This document shows, piece by piece, positions 15,699 through 24,653 of a stretch of 31,874 nt of DNA. The notes below the pieces were generated by a model, which made no database searches, was not told the DNA's origin, and saw nothing but the letters and a program-made list of their open reading frames with translations. This stretch comes from a virus. A program made the translations under genes and the position numbers. Location: positions 1 to 31,874 of IMG/VR virus record IMGVR_UViG_3300045988_165319; one strand, written 5' to 3'. The stretch's first letter is position 1. Each line of letters starts with the position of its first letter.

Positions 15699-16036
15699 TA
15701 GTTTAACCTCCTTACTTCAAAATTAACTCTACCAAAATAAACGATGTGGATTGCTATCTTGTTGTTATTGTCAAAGCCTCCTATGGCGCCGTAAATGTAG
15801 CAGTGATTGGCTTCGTCATAGTACTTATCCAGCGCCCCCGCTACAGACAGCACATCCGACGTCTTCGGTTCTACCAGGGTAGCTATAACCTCGCAATGGG
15901 CTTGGGTTGGCAGGTTGTATGAATAACTCTTCAGCCTGAGGGCATCCGCTCCATAGTACTGATCCGACTTGCTGTCGTCGGCGTCGGCTTTCAGGGTGGC
16001 GACCATATCCGGGAAGAAGTGGCGACTATCTCTCAT
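15698..16036 (-). CDS. Hypothetical protein (112 aa), distal tail region
   Basis: Translationally coupled to the upstream gene. No domain recognised. Confidence 0.45.
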   Translation of the reverse strand: MRDSRHFFPDMVATLKADADDSKSDQYYGADALRLKSYSYNLPTQAHCEVIATLVEPKTSDVLSVAGALDKYYDEANHCYIYGAIGGFDNNNKIAIHIVYFGRVNFEVRRLN

Positions 16037-16038
16037 AG

Positions 16039-16494
16039 CTAAGCTATCCTCTCAATATTGTACGACACTTGGCTGGTGGTAGCTATCCTGAATGATACGA
16101 AGTAACGGTTCTGAGCTAAGTCTGATAGCCACACATACCATGTATCTCTGCTTGGGTCATTCATCAGGATACGGCTTGCCGACATGCCGTAATCGTTGTA
16201 GTTACCGTTAACCAGCATGGTACGACGATTGCCTCCCAGGTCGGTGACGATAGGGGTTAGGTTACTGATGAACATATTCCCCTTCTCGAGCTTAGTGGGG
16301 GTGATAGTTATCTTAAAGATAGCTAGCCCTCGATATGAGCCGGGTTGCGATGATAGCCCCACCTCTTGCTTGGGGGTCGTTACCGATTTGGATATGACCT
16401 GGTTATCACCGATAAACTGAGTATTCTTCGACTCGTTGTTATCGGTTATTAGGTCGGCTACCGTTTCGGTTATCGATGTGGTTGGCTGGCGCAT
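16039..16494 (-). CDS. Putative receptor-binding / tail-fibre protein, paralog B (151 aa)
   Basis: The N-terminal 14 aa (MRQPTTSITETVADL) are near-identical to the neighbouring gene. The C-terminus differs. It is positioned downstream of Tal. Confidence 0.45.
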   Translation of the reverse strand: MRQPTTSITETVADLITDNNESKNTQFIGDNQVISKSVTTPKQEVGLSSQPGSYRGLAIFKITITPTKLEKGNMFISNLTPIVTDLGGNRRTMLVNGNYNDYGMSASRILMNDPSRDTWYVWLSDLAQNRYFVSFRIATTSQVSYNIERIA

Positions 16495-16503
16495 GCTACT
16501 CCT
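16455..16503 (-). repeat. About 49-bp repeat covering the RBS and 5' end of RBP paralog B
   Basis: Near-identical to 16991-17039, with 2 mismatches. Confidence 0.8.
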
Positions 16504-17030
16504 TAAAAATGGGTCTCCGTTACTTTTATGTTGACGTGACCACGTCTAGTGGCTCTGACACTGCTTACTACGGTAATAAAGGCGTCGCTCCATAGAGTGG
16601 ACAGGATAATGTTGGCGCTGTAATAATACGGTCGGTTGCCATTCCATGACTCCCAGTTGCCGTCCAGGACGGCCGTGCCGACCTGCGTCCCGTTATCGCC
16701 ATATAGCGGTAGTTGGTTTTGCCATATCATTAGCGTTTGATTGATAAACGGGTAGCTCCGTCGGTTGCTGTCATGTTGGTAAAAGTCGATGTACGGGTAT
16801 ATGACGGTTGGTTGCGCCGGGGTCGACCCGCTCTCTCCACCAAAAAACTCACATTCTACGAACAGGGTCGTATTTACTCCGCCGGGGATGTATTTCGACC
16901 AGGTGGTCTCTCTAGTGACATAGCCTAAGACCCCGCTATCCTGGCTAATAAACTGCGCCTCCTTGGCTTCTCTATTCCTCGTTACCAGCTCGGCTACCGT
17001 TTCAGTTATCGATGTGGTTGGTTGGCGCAT
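16503..17030 (-). CDS. Putative receptor-binding / tail-fibre protein, paralog A (175 aa)
   Basis: Shares the N-terminal anchor MRQPTTSITETVAEL and about 49 nt of its 5' end, including the RBS, with 16039-16494. Confidence 0.45.
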   Translation of the reverse strand: MRQPTTSITETVAELVTRNREAKEAQFISQDSGVLGYVTRETTWSKYIPGGVNTTLFVECEFFGGESGSTPAQPTVIYPYIDFYQHDSNRRSYPFINQTLMIWQNQLPLYGDNGTQVGTAVLDGNWESWNGNRPYYYSANIILSTLWSDAFITVVSSVRATRRGHVNIKVTETHF

Positions 17031-17039
17031 GCTACTCCT
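16991..17039 (-). repeat. About 49-bp repeat covering the RBS and 5' end of RBP paralog A
   Basis: See 16455-16503. Confidence 0.8.
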
Positions 17040-18126
17040 GGTCTTGGTTAGCGATAATATCCTCGATGTTGTAATCGTCGAATGTTAGGGTGACGCTCTC
17101 GCTGTCATTCTCATCTACACTGCATGATATTTGTTCAATTCGATACATTCCCTTGATACGTGACAGGTCGGCGTCGCCCGACTTACTGAGGTCGACGTCT
17201 ACCGTGTCACCCACCCCGATTTGGTTCAGGTCGACGACGTCATTCTTTAGGGTGATACTAGGTATCTCAAAGGGCATGCCGATACTATTACAGATACTGT
17301 CGACGTGTTGCTTTAGAGTGTCATATTGCTTAACCGAGTTATAGGTGACGACCTTTTCTCGTCGGTAGCAGTACCCGCCCGACAGGTCGTTTACCGCTTG
17401 AGCCGTTACGCAATCGTCGCCGTTACCACTACCTTTACCGATAATTACGTTAGCGACATTGTCGACACTTCTTGTCCATTGAAAGCCGGCGACATTACCG
17501 GGGTAGTGTATCCTGACGTCACTTCTAAATACCCCTTGTGCGCTGTAGATATTTAGCTTCTTATCTGCCGTAAACTCGAAGTCACACCCTCCGATTACCT
17601 TAGACATTTGCTGAAAGAGTGATTTTACCTCTTTGGTGTCATAGGTTCTATCTCGAACATATGCTTTGCCTATCCTGGTAAAGCCTCGCCTAACCCCATA
17701 GTCGCCGTTGGGTCCTCGGTTCATTAGCTCGATTACATGATAGAGGATTTCCTCTTGTGGTACTTGATGGTAGCTTGTTGTTACATAACGGTGGGCATAG
17801 TAGTTGAGATAGCCTGTGGCGTTGATGGTCTTAGTGATATCGTTGGCGTCGCCATTATAGTCGATGCTGATAACATTTACTCCGAATAGATATTGTCCGT
17901 TACGTTTTATCCTCAGGTCTGTCCTGCCCGCTTCGATAAAACTTAGCGGTGAGTCGCCATAGCCGATGGCTTTCAGGAGCTTGTTATAGTTCTCCTGGTT
18001 GATAGTTACCGATAGGCTCTCGGCTTCGTTTCGCTCTCTTGACCATTGTAAGCCCGAACAGACGGGGCGTATATCGCCCAGCAGTTTGCCTGATTTATCC
18101 CATACCTCGATTTGATACTTAGCCAT
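17032..18126 (-). CDS. Tail-associated lysin / Tal (tail tip protein, N-terminal gp27-like domain)
   Basis: It lies directly after Dit. The N-terminus MAKYQIEVWDKSGKLLGDI is typical of the siphovirus Tal/prophage-tail N-domain. Confidence 0.65.
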   Translation of the reverse strand: MAKYQIEVWDKSGKLLGDIRPVCSGLQWSRERNEAESLSVTINQENYNKLLKAIGYGDSPLSFIEAGRTDLRIKRNGQYLFGVNVISIDYNGDANDITKTINATGYLNYYAHRYVTTSYHQVPQEEILYHVIELMNRGPNGDYGVRRGFTRIGKAYVRDRTYDTKEVKSLFQQMSKVIGGCDFEFTADKKLNIYSAQGVFRSDVRIHYPGNVAGFQWTRSVDNVANVIIGKGSGNGDDCVTAQAVNDLSGGYCYRREKVVTYNSVKQYDTLKQHVDSICNSIGMPFEIPSITLKNDVVDLNQIGVGDTVDVDLSKSGDADLSRIKGMYRIEQISCSVDENDSESVTLTFDDYNIEDIIANQDQE

Positions 18127-18128
18127 AC

Positions 18129-18974
18129 CTACACCCCTATGTAGCCACTATTATACCTAATCTTAGCCACTGCCGTGTCACTATCCAGCTTGGTTATGAG
18201 GCGCAACTTATTATCGCCCGGGTCAAGGTGGATGAATTGACTCCCGGCCGTTATACCGTGGTAGACATTCCCGCCGTTGATAGTGACGGTGTGCCTGGTC
18301 GGTGAGCAATCGATGATTAAGGTGTCGCCATCCTTAGTATCCACCATCACTTCAATATATTGGTTGGTGGTTAGGTTAAGTATCTTGGGTGAGTGAGCTA
18401 TCCCGGTAATAGTAATGATTGGGTAAACGGCTGTACTGCCCGAGTTGTTTATCGGGGCATCCGGGGTGTCCGGTGAGATTGCTAGCGGTATCTTGAATGG
18501 GATAGTGAAGCCTCCGCCCTCCTGATAACGTCTCAGGGTGGCGACTACTGCTCCACCTGCTCCGTCGCTACTGTACCAAGTTGGGTCATCAGCTCGCATT
18601 ACCAGTTGGTATGGCTGTATGGTTTTAGTGGTGGTTACCCCCATGGTTAAGGCAGTGGTCTTAGCCAGTATGGAGTAGCTATACCCGCCGTCGGTTACCC
18701 AGGTAAGCATCATCTGTTGGCGATTGCCGGCTAACTGGGTGAGTTGGCGTCGCTTTTCCTCCAGCTCGGTTACGGTTTGGGCAAAGATAGTGCCCTTTAT
18801 GTTTAAGCTCCTAGCGTCGTAAAACGGGGTGGTCGACCAGCCTCCGTCCTGTCCTGCGTTCTGCCCGTCGGTAATACGAAGAGGTGGCAGTCCTGCGAAG
18901 CCCTCCAGCTCGGGCTGAATAGTCCAGCCGTTCTTGTCATCGTTTAAGTCGATATCACCGATGATTAATCTCAC
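18129..18974 (-). CDS. Distal tail protein (Dit)
   Basis: It follows the tape measure and overlaps it by 4 nt. The N-terminus MRLIIGDIDLNDDKNGWTI resembles the Sipho_tail family. Confidence 0.65.
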   Translation of the reverse strand: MRLIIGDIDLNDDKNGWTIQPELEGFAGLPPLRITDGQNAGQDGGWSTTPFYDARSLNIKGTIFAQTVTELEEKRRQLTQLAGNRQQMMLTWVTDGGYSYSILAKTTALTMGVTTTKTIQPYQLVMRADDPTWYSSDGAGGAVVATLRRYQEGGGFTIPFKIPLAISPDTPDAPINNSGSTAVYPIITITGIAHSPKILNLTTNQYIEVMVDTKDGDTLIIDCSPTRHTVTINGGNVYHGITAGSQFIHLDPGDNKLRLITKLDSDTAVAKIRYNSGYIGV

Positions 18975-21100
18975 GCTATCCCTCCTTTAACTCCTTGGCT
19001 TGCCTGATAGCCCATTAAGTATCCTAGCTCCGTTACGTCCACTTGATTACCCACCTTGTCAATATTCTGGTTGACGATTACCTTGGGGTAGATTGCCCCG
19101 GGGTTTGGTTCACCTGAAGCTAGCGGGTCATATGCTCCCGCCACATTAGCCCCTACGGTCAAGGCTGAGCTATCTTTCATTATTTCGTTGCTCAATGTAT
19201 CCATAGCCTTATTGACCACGTCGACATTATCGACGACACCCTTGGCTAAGCCCTCGCTAATATATCGACCGACTTCGTTTGCCATTCTCTTGGATGGTGA
19301 TTTGATGCCGAAGAAGCCCTTAATGCCGTCCATAATGGATTTGCCGAAGCCTTTTATCTTATCGATAATCCAGCCGGTTACATTCTTAATCCCGCCCCAC
19401 AACCCCTTAACCAGGTTTACGCCGACATCAATCAGCTTGTCGGGCGATAGTACAGATAAGAATTTGCCCAATATCTCGCCGGCTGATTTGGTAATTGCCC
19501 ATATACTGCGCCCTATGGCGTCGGCTATCGCTATGATTAGTTTAACGCCACAATCTATCATCATCTGTATAAACTGAGGACTGGTTAGCGTGTTGACGAT
19601 AGCATCGATTATCGTCGGTAGGGCTTTGGATATCGCTTCGATGCTGTATGGGATTGAGTTTATGAGAGCTATCAGTAGCTGGATACCGGCTTGAAGTAGG
19701 GCGGTGATTGCCGTCTCGTTTAGAAGTGCTCCGACGATAGCATCGATTACCTGGGGCACAGCGGCCGCTATTATCGGTAGGGCTTGATTAATCCCCTGCG
19801 CTAACGACGTAATGAGGGTAATTAGTCCTTGTACTAATGCCGGCAGGAAGCGGGGCAGGGCTATGACTATCTCCTCGATGATTGTAGCTATCCCCTTGAT
19901 TAGCATCGGGATTAGGGTTGGTAGTGTCTGGCTTATTGCCTGGACTAGTTCAGCCAGCTTACTGGCAATGCCTCGGATTACGCCGGCGCTGGTTAACTCC
20001 ATTACGATTTCTTGGATTATCTCCGGCAGTTGCTTCCCCATTACCTTGACTATGTCGATAAGCCCATCAATGAGCCCCAATGCTACCCCTGAGAGGCTTT
20101 GTAATAATTCGGGCACTAATGGCAAGATTGACGCTCCAAGGGTCTGCACGACGTTGATCATACTGGTGATAGCCTGCGGTAACCCCTCGGCTATCATCTT
20201 GGTTACCATGGGGATGAACTTGCGTATCAGCCCGTTGATAGTGCTGAATACCCCCTCTAGAGCGCTTGATATCCCATCACCGCTTAGGATTGCTTGCCAG
20301 AGGCGAGCCATGCGGTTGCTCAGGTTCTCGAGCGAGGTCTGCAACCCACCTGTGGCGTCAAATGCCTGATCACGCAAGCTCTTGAAGCCAGCCCCGCCTT
20401 TTTCGTCCATTTGGATGAGGGCGTCTCTGAACTGGTCAATCGATATCTTGCCGGTCTTCATCCGATTGTACAGCTCGGTAGTGTTGCCACTCTCTACCCC
20501 GAGTTGCTTAGATACCTGCGACAGTACGGAGGGCATGGTCTCCTGTAAGGTGCGCCAGCTCTGCAAGTCCACTTTACCTTTAGCGAATATCTGGCTTACC
20601 TGGCGCATACCACGCTCGACGTCGACGGTGCTTGCCCCTGATGCCAAGAAAGCGTCATTTAGAGCGATAGCTGTCTTGGTGGCTTGGTTCAGGTCTTTGC
20701 TCATCGGAGCGAACATCTTAGTGGAGGTGGCGATGTCGTCGAGCCCCGTCGGGAGCCCTGTTACCGCATCGGACATCTGCTGGATTGACTTTTGAGCGTC
20801 TTGAGCCGAATACCCCAAGTTCTGCATTATCTTGGGGTAATTGTTCATTGTGTCAAAACGCTGTACGCCGGCACTGAATGAACGTGCCATGCCGTCGATA
20901 GCACGAGAGGCTAGGTTGGAGGCTATGCCCCATAGCGACGCCATACCGAACGTGAACTTCTTCCCACTCGCTTGCACGCCGTTGCTCATCTGCGAGCCGG
21001 CTTCTTTGCCAATCGAATTAAACCTGGAGGCAATCTTGCCCTGTAAGCCCGTCATGTCCGGGGCAATTGTGATATAGGCTGTACCGAGTCTAGCTCCCAC
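18971..21100 (-). CDS. Tail tape measure protein (709 aa)
   Basis: GTG start with SD GGGAG. Long low-complexity helical protein with repeated GLIDGLIDIV-type segments, placed between the chaperone and Dit. Its length predicts a tail of about 105 nm. Confidence 0.85.
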   Translation of the reverse strand: MGARLGTAYITIAPDMTGLQGKIASRFNSIGKEAGSQMSNGVQASGKKFTFGMASLWGIASNLASRAIDGMARSFSAGVQRFDTMNNYPKIMQNLGYSAQDAQKSIQQMSDAVTGLPTGLDDIATSTKMFAPMSKDLNQATKTAIALNDAFLASGASTVDVERGMRQVSQIFAKGKVDLQSWRTLQETMPSVLSQVSKQLGVESGNTTELYNRMKTGKISIDQFRDALIQMDEKGGAGFKSLRDQAFDATGGLQTSLENLSNRMARLWQAILSGDGISSALEGVFSTINGLIRKFIPMVTKMIAEGLPQAITSMINVVQTLGASILPLVPELLQSLSGVALGLIDGLIDIVKVMGKQLPEIIQEIVMELTSAGVIRGIASKLAELVQAISQTLPTLIPMLIKGIATIIEEIVIALPRFLPALVQGLITLITSLAQGINQALPIIAAAVPQVIDAIVGALLNETAITALLQAGIQLLIALINSIPYSIEAISKALPTIIDAIVNTLTSPQFIQMMIDCGVKLIIAIADAIGRSIWAITKSAGEILGKFLSVLSPDKLIDVGVNLVKGLWGGIKNVTGWIIDKIKGFGKSIMDGIKGFFGIKSPSKRMANEVGRYISEGLAKGVVDNVDVVNKAMDTLSNEIMKDSSALTVGANVAGAYDPLASGEPNPGAIYPKVIVNQNIDKVGNQVDVTELGYLMGYQASQGVKGGIA

Positions 21101-21166
21101 TAAGGATATCTCCCTGTTTGTTAACCCAGCTTAGCCGATACTGTACGTGTTGCTATTTCTGTTTCA

Positions 21167-21175
21167 ATTATAACA
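21167..21175 (-). promoter_or_regulatory. Late promoter, extended -10 TGTTATAAT, upstream of the tape measure gene
   Basis: Minus strand reads TAATTGATGTTATAATTGAAACAGAAATAG. This 30-mer is repeated exactly upstream of the portal gene at 27855-27884. Confidence 0.55.
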
Positions 21176-21179
21176 TCAA

Positions 21180-21494
21180 TTACGACCTTACTCTGCCGGC
21201 ATTAACACTCTTAGCTAGCGCCATACCCGCCAAGTACATCTGACGAGACGTTCCGACGCTTCTAACTATCGCCACGGCACGAATGCCACGACTGTTTGTC
21301 CTGAGCTTAGTCTCCACCTCGAAGGTCGGTGGTGCTACCCTGTCGCTCTTTGCCATTACGCTGGGGGCTATTGACGTTGCTCTAGCCTGGATAGCTTGAG
21401 CTGACTGCTTAACCACCCCTTGTGCCATTTCCTGGAGGACGTAAGCGCCACCGTCGAGGTTTAGCCAGAAGTTGGCGTATTTTCGCTTTACCAT
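21180..21494 (-). CDS. Hypothetical protein (104 aa) between the chaperone and the tape measure
   Basis: ORF only. No recognised domain. Confidence 0.4.
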   Translation of the reverse strand: MVKRKYANFWLNLDGGAYVLQEMAQGVVKQSAQAIQARATSIAPSVMAKSDRVAPPTFEVETKLRTNSRGIRAVAIVRSVGTSRQMYLAGMALAKSVNAGRVRS

Positions 21495-21501
21495 ACCTCC
21501 A

Positions 21502-22187
21502 TTATACCCGAGGACGTTTCAAGAATGCTTTCATGTCGTCAATTGACATAGTGACCGTTTCGTCTTTTGCCTGTCGTTTCAGCCGTTCCAGTTTACGTCT
21601 GGCGTTCTTTAGCTCGGGCGGGTCGAATGGCTCGGGTGCTTTAGCTCCCTTACGGCTAGCCTGCTTGGTCTTAGTCCAAGCGATAAAGTTTAGGCTATTA
21701 GTCATAGCTAGCAGTAGATACTCTTGTTTCGTCCAGGCGTTAGCCGGACTATACCTTGTCTTAGTCCGACTATCGAGCGGTAGCTGGCTAGCTAGCCTAG
21801 CTTTACGACCACGCTCTACCTTAGCGATATCAAGGTGATAGTATTGCTGAAAGTCCGCCTCCAGCTCATCATGGGCGTTAGCTTCTGCCCATAGTAGGGC
21901 TAACCTTTTGGGTTTATCAGGCTGGTGGTCTTCTCGACAATCTCTGAGGCTACGCTGATAGGCAATCGACCACGCTCCGCCTTAAAGTGGGCATAGGTCT
22001 TTTGGTATCCCTCCTCACCCAGAATAAGGACTAACAGCTCTTTAATCAGTCCGATATTCTCTCCCTTCGTCAGCTCAGCTAGTTTGGGGAGCATCTCGAT
22101 ATCATCCAGCGGGCTGGCGTCGACAGTCATCTCGTATCCGTCCACTTCGATTACACCTTTTAGCTTGTCGTCCTGATTGACACTCAT
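21502..22187 (-). CDS. Tail assembly chaperone G-T fusion product made by -1 programmed frameshifting
   Basis: The -1 frame after CCCAAAA at 21906-21912 (minus strand) stays open for about 135 codons and joins ORF 21502-21705 in frame. I checked codon by codon. Confidence 0.5.
21900..22187 (-). CDS. Tail assembly chaperone (gpG-like)
   Basis: 95-aa acidic protein immediately downstream of the major tail protein. It ends with the slippery heptamer C CCA AAA. Confidence 0.6.
   Translation of the reverse strand: MSVNQDDKLKGVIEVDGYEMTVDASPLDDIEMLPKLAELTKGENIGLIKELLVLILGEEGYQKTYAHFKAERGRLPISVASEIVEKTTSLINPKG
21906..21912 (-). other. Slippery heptamer C_CCA_AAA (X_XXY_YYZ) three codons before the chaperone stop
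   Basis: Minus strand reads CTG ATA AAC CCA AAA GGT TAG. Confidence 0.5.
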
Positions 22188-22232
22188 GTGGTCTCCTCTC
22201 TTTATTAGTGGTTATATTTTACCAAAAACAAT

Positions 22233-22252
22233 AAGCCCCGACAACGGGGCTT
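22233..22252 (-). terminator. Intrinsic terminator after the major tail protein gene
   Basis: AAGCCCCG-ACAA-CGGGGCTT, a perfect 8-bp stem, followed on the minus strand by ATTGTTTTTGG. Confidence 0.7.
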
Positions 22253-22280
22253 AGGGTGCGACTATCTACCTACTATTCCA

Positions 22281-22841
22281 CTAGGGGGTCGGCTTGGCGA
22301 TATACTCGACGTGGGTGTTACCGCTAGCGTCGGGCAGGGCAGTGATATTGACCGGGTAGCTGATAGCGTCGCCATCAGTGTAGGTGATATCGCCCGAGCG
22401 GTCGCTAATCTTAGCGTGTGGGATTACGATACGCTTAATCCGTCCGCCCGTCATAGCTATCTCCGCTACACCGACTACCTCGGGTAGCTCAGCACTGTTC
22501 ATCTTAATGGTCAGTTTTCCGCCTGCATCGGCAGTGACGTTACCGTCTCCGAAGTACAGCTTCAGAGCGTTGACGTCGGTCTCCAGCAGGTTGATAGCGA
22601 AGGTGTCGCTAAAGCTGGTCTGAGCGGTCGCTACGACGTCGCCACCCCATGCTTTGACCTCTTCCTTATCGGTCGAGACGGTATTTACTAAGCCGTCCTC
22701 GCTGATATAGCCGACACTGACGAACTTGTTATTCAGTGCGGTGGTGGCGTCGGTCGGTACGGGTGTCCCTGCGGGGGCGTAATAGAAGCCTCCCGTCACC
22801 TTAGGCTTACCGAATGATACGTTTGAACTGTTATTAGCCAT
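22281..22841 (-). CDS. Major tail protein
   Basis: 186-aa beta-rich protein with SD AGGAGT. It sits between the terminase block and the chaperones. It has its own extended -10 promoter upstream and a terminator downstream, consistent with high expression. Confidence 0.7.
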   Translation of the reverse strand: MANNSSNVSFGKPKVTGGFYYAPAGTPVPTDATTALNNKFVSVGYISEDGLVNTVSTDKEEVKAWGGDVVATAQTSFSDTFAINLLETDVNALKLYFGDGNVTADAGGKLTIKMNSAELPEVVGVAEIAMTGGRIKRIVIPHAKISDRSGDITYTDGDAISYPVNITALPDASGNTHVEYIAKPTP

Positions 22842-22902
22842 TATTGTTTTACTCCTGTTTATTGGCTAACGGCACAACCATAGTTGGCTCTGCTTAGATG
22901 AA

Positions 22903-22911
22903 TTATAACAT
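22903..22911 (-). promoter_or_regulatory. Late promoter, extended -10 TGTTATAAT, upstream of the major tail gene
   Basis: Minus strand reads GTAAGTAATGTTATAATTCATC. Confidence 0.55.
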
Positions 22912-23144
22912 TACTTACGCCTGCGTCTGAGTGTCTTGCCCCGGTTGGCTCGTCCACCCTTTGCCCCTGCCACTTTGGCTCGTTGCTTACCTCTTAAACC
23001 GTCCTTACCTCGCTTACGAGAGGCGAACCCGCCATCCTTGCTTTCTTCTCCGCCCTGTTGACCTATCTTCTGATAGAAGCCTCGACCGTATCTTCTAACT
23101 ATCGTGTCTCTTGTTCTGCGGGCACTTTTCTTTGTAGTACTCAT
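22911..23144 (-). CDS. Small, highly basic KGG-repeat protein (77 aa)
   Basis: YGRGFYQKIGQQGG...GGFASRKRGKDGLRGKQRAKVAGAKGG is a KGG-type repeat. About 30% of residues are Arg/Lys. Coupled downstream of the large terminase. Confidence 0.55.
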   Translation of the reverse strand: MSTTKKSARRTRDTIVRRYGRGFYQKIGQQGGEESKDGGFASRKRGKDGLRGKQRAKVAGAKGGRANRGKTLRRRRK

Positions 23145-23153
23145 ACCAATATT

Positions 23154-24638
23154 TTACCAGAGCATCACTTCTTGTTGAGTCTCACCGTCATTACCTGCTA
23201 TTACCCGCCTAAAACGGTTAGCACCATAGTGGGCTAGGGCGACGGCTTCTACGGGGTCGGTCTGTACTTCGGGGTTGATTGAGGCGAAGCCAAAAGCCCC
23301 ATCTCTACCGATATCCCTGGTTTTAGCCACCCTAATAGCCATATTGAGGGCGGGCTGATTGTAATGGGTGATTGTCTTGTTCTTGACGGCTTGATAAAAG
23401 CCCCCAAAACCTGCCCCGACCTCTCTGACGTTGGGGGTGAGGATCTTCTTTTTCATCCGTCTATCACTTCGGATTAGGTCTTCGATTAGGAGCTGTGTAC
23501 CTGATGCTCCGTCGATGATTATCTTCTGTGCTTTATCACGGCGTGGTAGTAGCCACCTGGTTATCCAGCTAATTCCTGCCTGCAAGGGTCTACGGTCGAT
23601 TAGCTCGACGTGGATCTTATTATTGGGCATAACCACCCCGACGGCTAGGCTGACGAAGGCTCTGTCGGGTGAAAACTTAACAGCATAGCAAAGGCTTGGC
23701 TTATCAGGCAATACTACCTCTTTAACCGCTAATTTATTCCATTCCTCAGTCTTAAAAGCTCGATCCGAGTCTACCCCTCTCACCCAGCCTAGACGCATCT
23801 TATTAAAACTATCCAAGCTCATGGTGCTTGACTCGGCTTCGACCGCACCTAACTGCAGAAAATAGCCCAAGCTGGGGTTAGTGTCATACCAGGCTTGTCT
23901 GACCTTCGGGTCGGTGACGGTCTCTACACTCCACTCCCGCCAGGCTACGTGAGTAGCTTTACCGCTGATAGTATTCTCCCTAACTCGCATAAATGTAGTA
24001 CCTCTAGCCCCTGCCGGTGGGGGTGTGCCTGCATAAATCATCTGATAGTTATGGTTTCGCCCCGCCGAGATTGTCGGTCGGAGGGCTTCCTCCTGGGCGT
24101 CTGTGAGCTCCTGCGCTTCATCTATGATTAGGGTGTCATTAGTAAAGCCAAGTCCAGAGTCTCTCGTCCTTGTCCTAAAGACACACCGTCCACCATTGCG
24201 CAATTCGATATAGTCGAGGCTTTTCGGCTCGTTATTGAACTCATCAGTGAGCATATTGCGCAATTCCTGCTTTGCTCCATAGAAAAACTGAAAGACAAGA
24301 CGCTTAATCTCGTTTACGGTGACGACGGTGTGAGCGGTGTAGACTAGTGTCTCTCCCTCACACACCATACCCGTGATAATCCTGCTCCTAAGTAAAAACG
24401 TCTTGCCGTTCTGGCGTGGTAACAATAGCCCACACTCATGGTTTGACCAGTCGCCGTTGTCGTCTTGCATCATCCACTGGCGCAAGGTGTCCTCCTGCCA
24501 TGGCAGGAGCTTATCGCCATACGACTCCATCAGTTCAATGCCAATATCAGCCAGGTATGGGTCGCCTTGCTGAAAGATATCAATGCGTGGCTTTTGGCTA
24601 CCATAGCGAGGTAGGGTGCTTGCCGTCTGCTGTGCCAT
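23154..24638 (-). CDS. terL: Terminase large subunit
   Basis: Walker A LLLPRQNGKT, Walker B TLIIDEAQ, C-terminal nuclease-like region. 494 aa. Confidence 0.9.
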   Translation of the reverse strand: MAQQTASTLPRYGSQKPRIDIFQQGDPYLADIGIELMESYGDKLLPWQEDTLRQWMMQDDNGDWSNHECGLLLPRQNGKTFLLRSRIITGMVCEGETLVYTAHTVVTVNEIKRLVFQFFYGAKQELRNMLTDEFNNEPKSLDYIELRNGGRCVFRTRTRDSGLGFTNDTLIIDEAQELTDAQEEALRPTISAGRNHNYQMIYAGTPPPAGARGTTFMRVRENTISGKATHVAWREWSVETVTDPKVRQAWYDTNPSLGYFLQLGAVEAESSTMSLDSFNKMRLGWVRGVDSDRAFKTEEWNKLAVKEVVLPDKPSLCYAVKFSPDRAFVSLAVGVVMPNNKIHVELIDRRPLQAGISWITRWLLPRRDKAQKIIIDGASGTQLLIEDLIRSDRRMKKKILTPNVREVGAGFGGFYQAVKNKTITHYNQPALNMAIRVAKTRDIGRDGAFGFASINPEVQTDPVEAVALAHYGANRFRRVIAGNDGETQQEVMLW

Positions 24639-24653
24639 CTCCGAGCGGTCTCC

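Noticed and set aside
19188-21077. Several plus-strand ORFs (19188-19577, 19812-20369, 20382-20795, 20841-21077) inside the tape measure gene
   Set aside because: They are antisense to a confidently called long gene, have no RBS and show biased low-complexity composition, which is typical of shadow ORFs.
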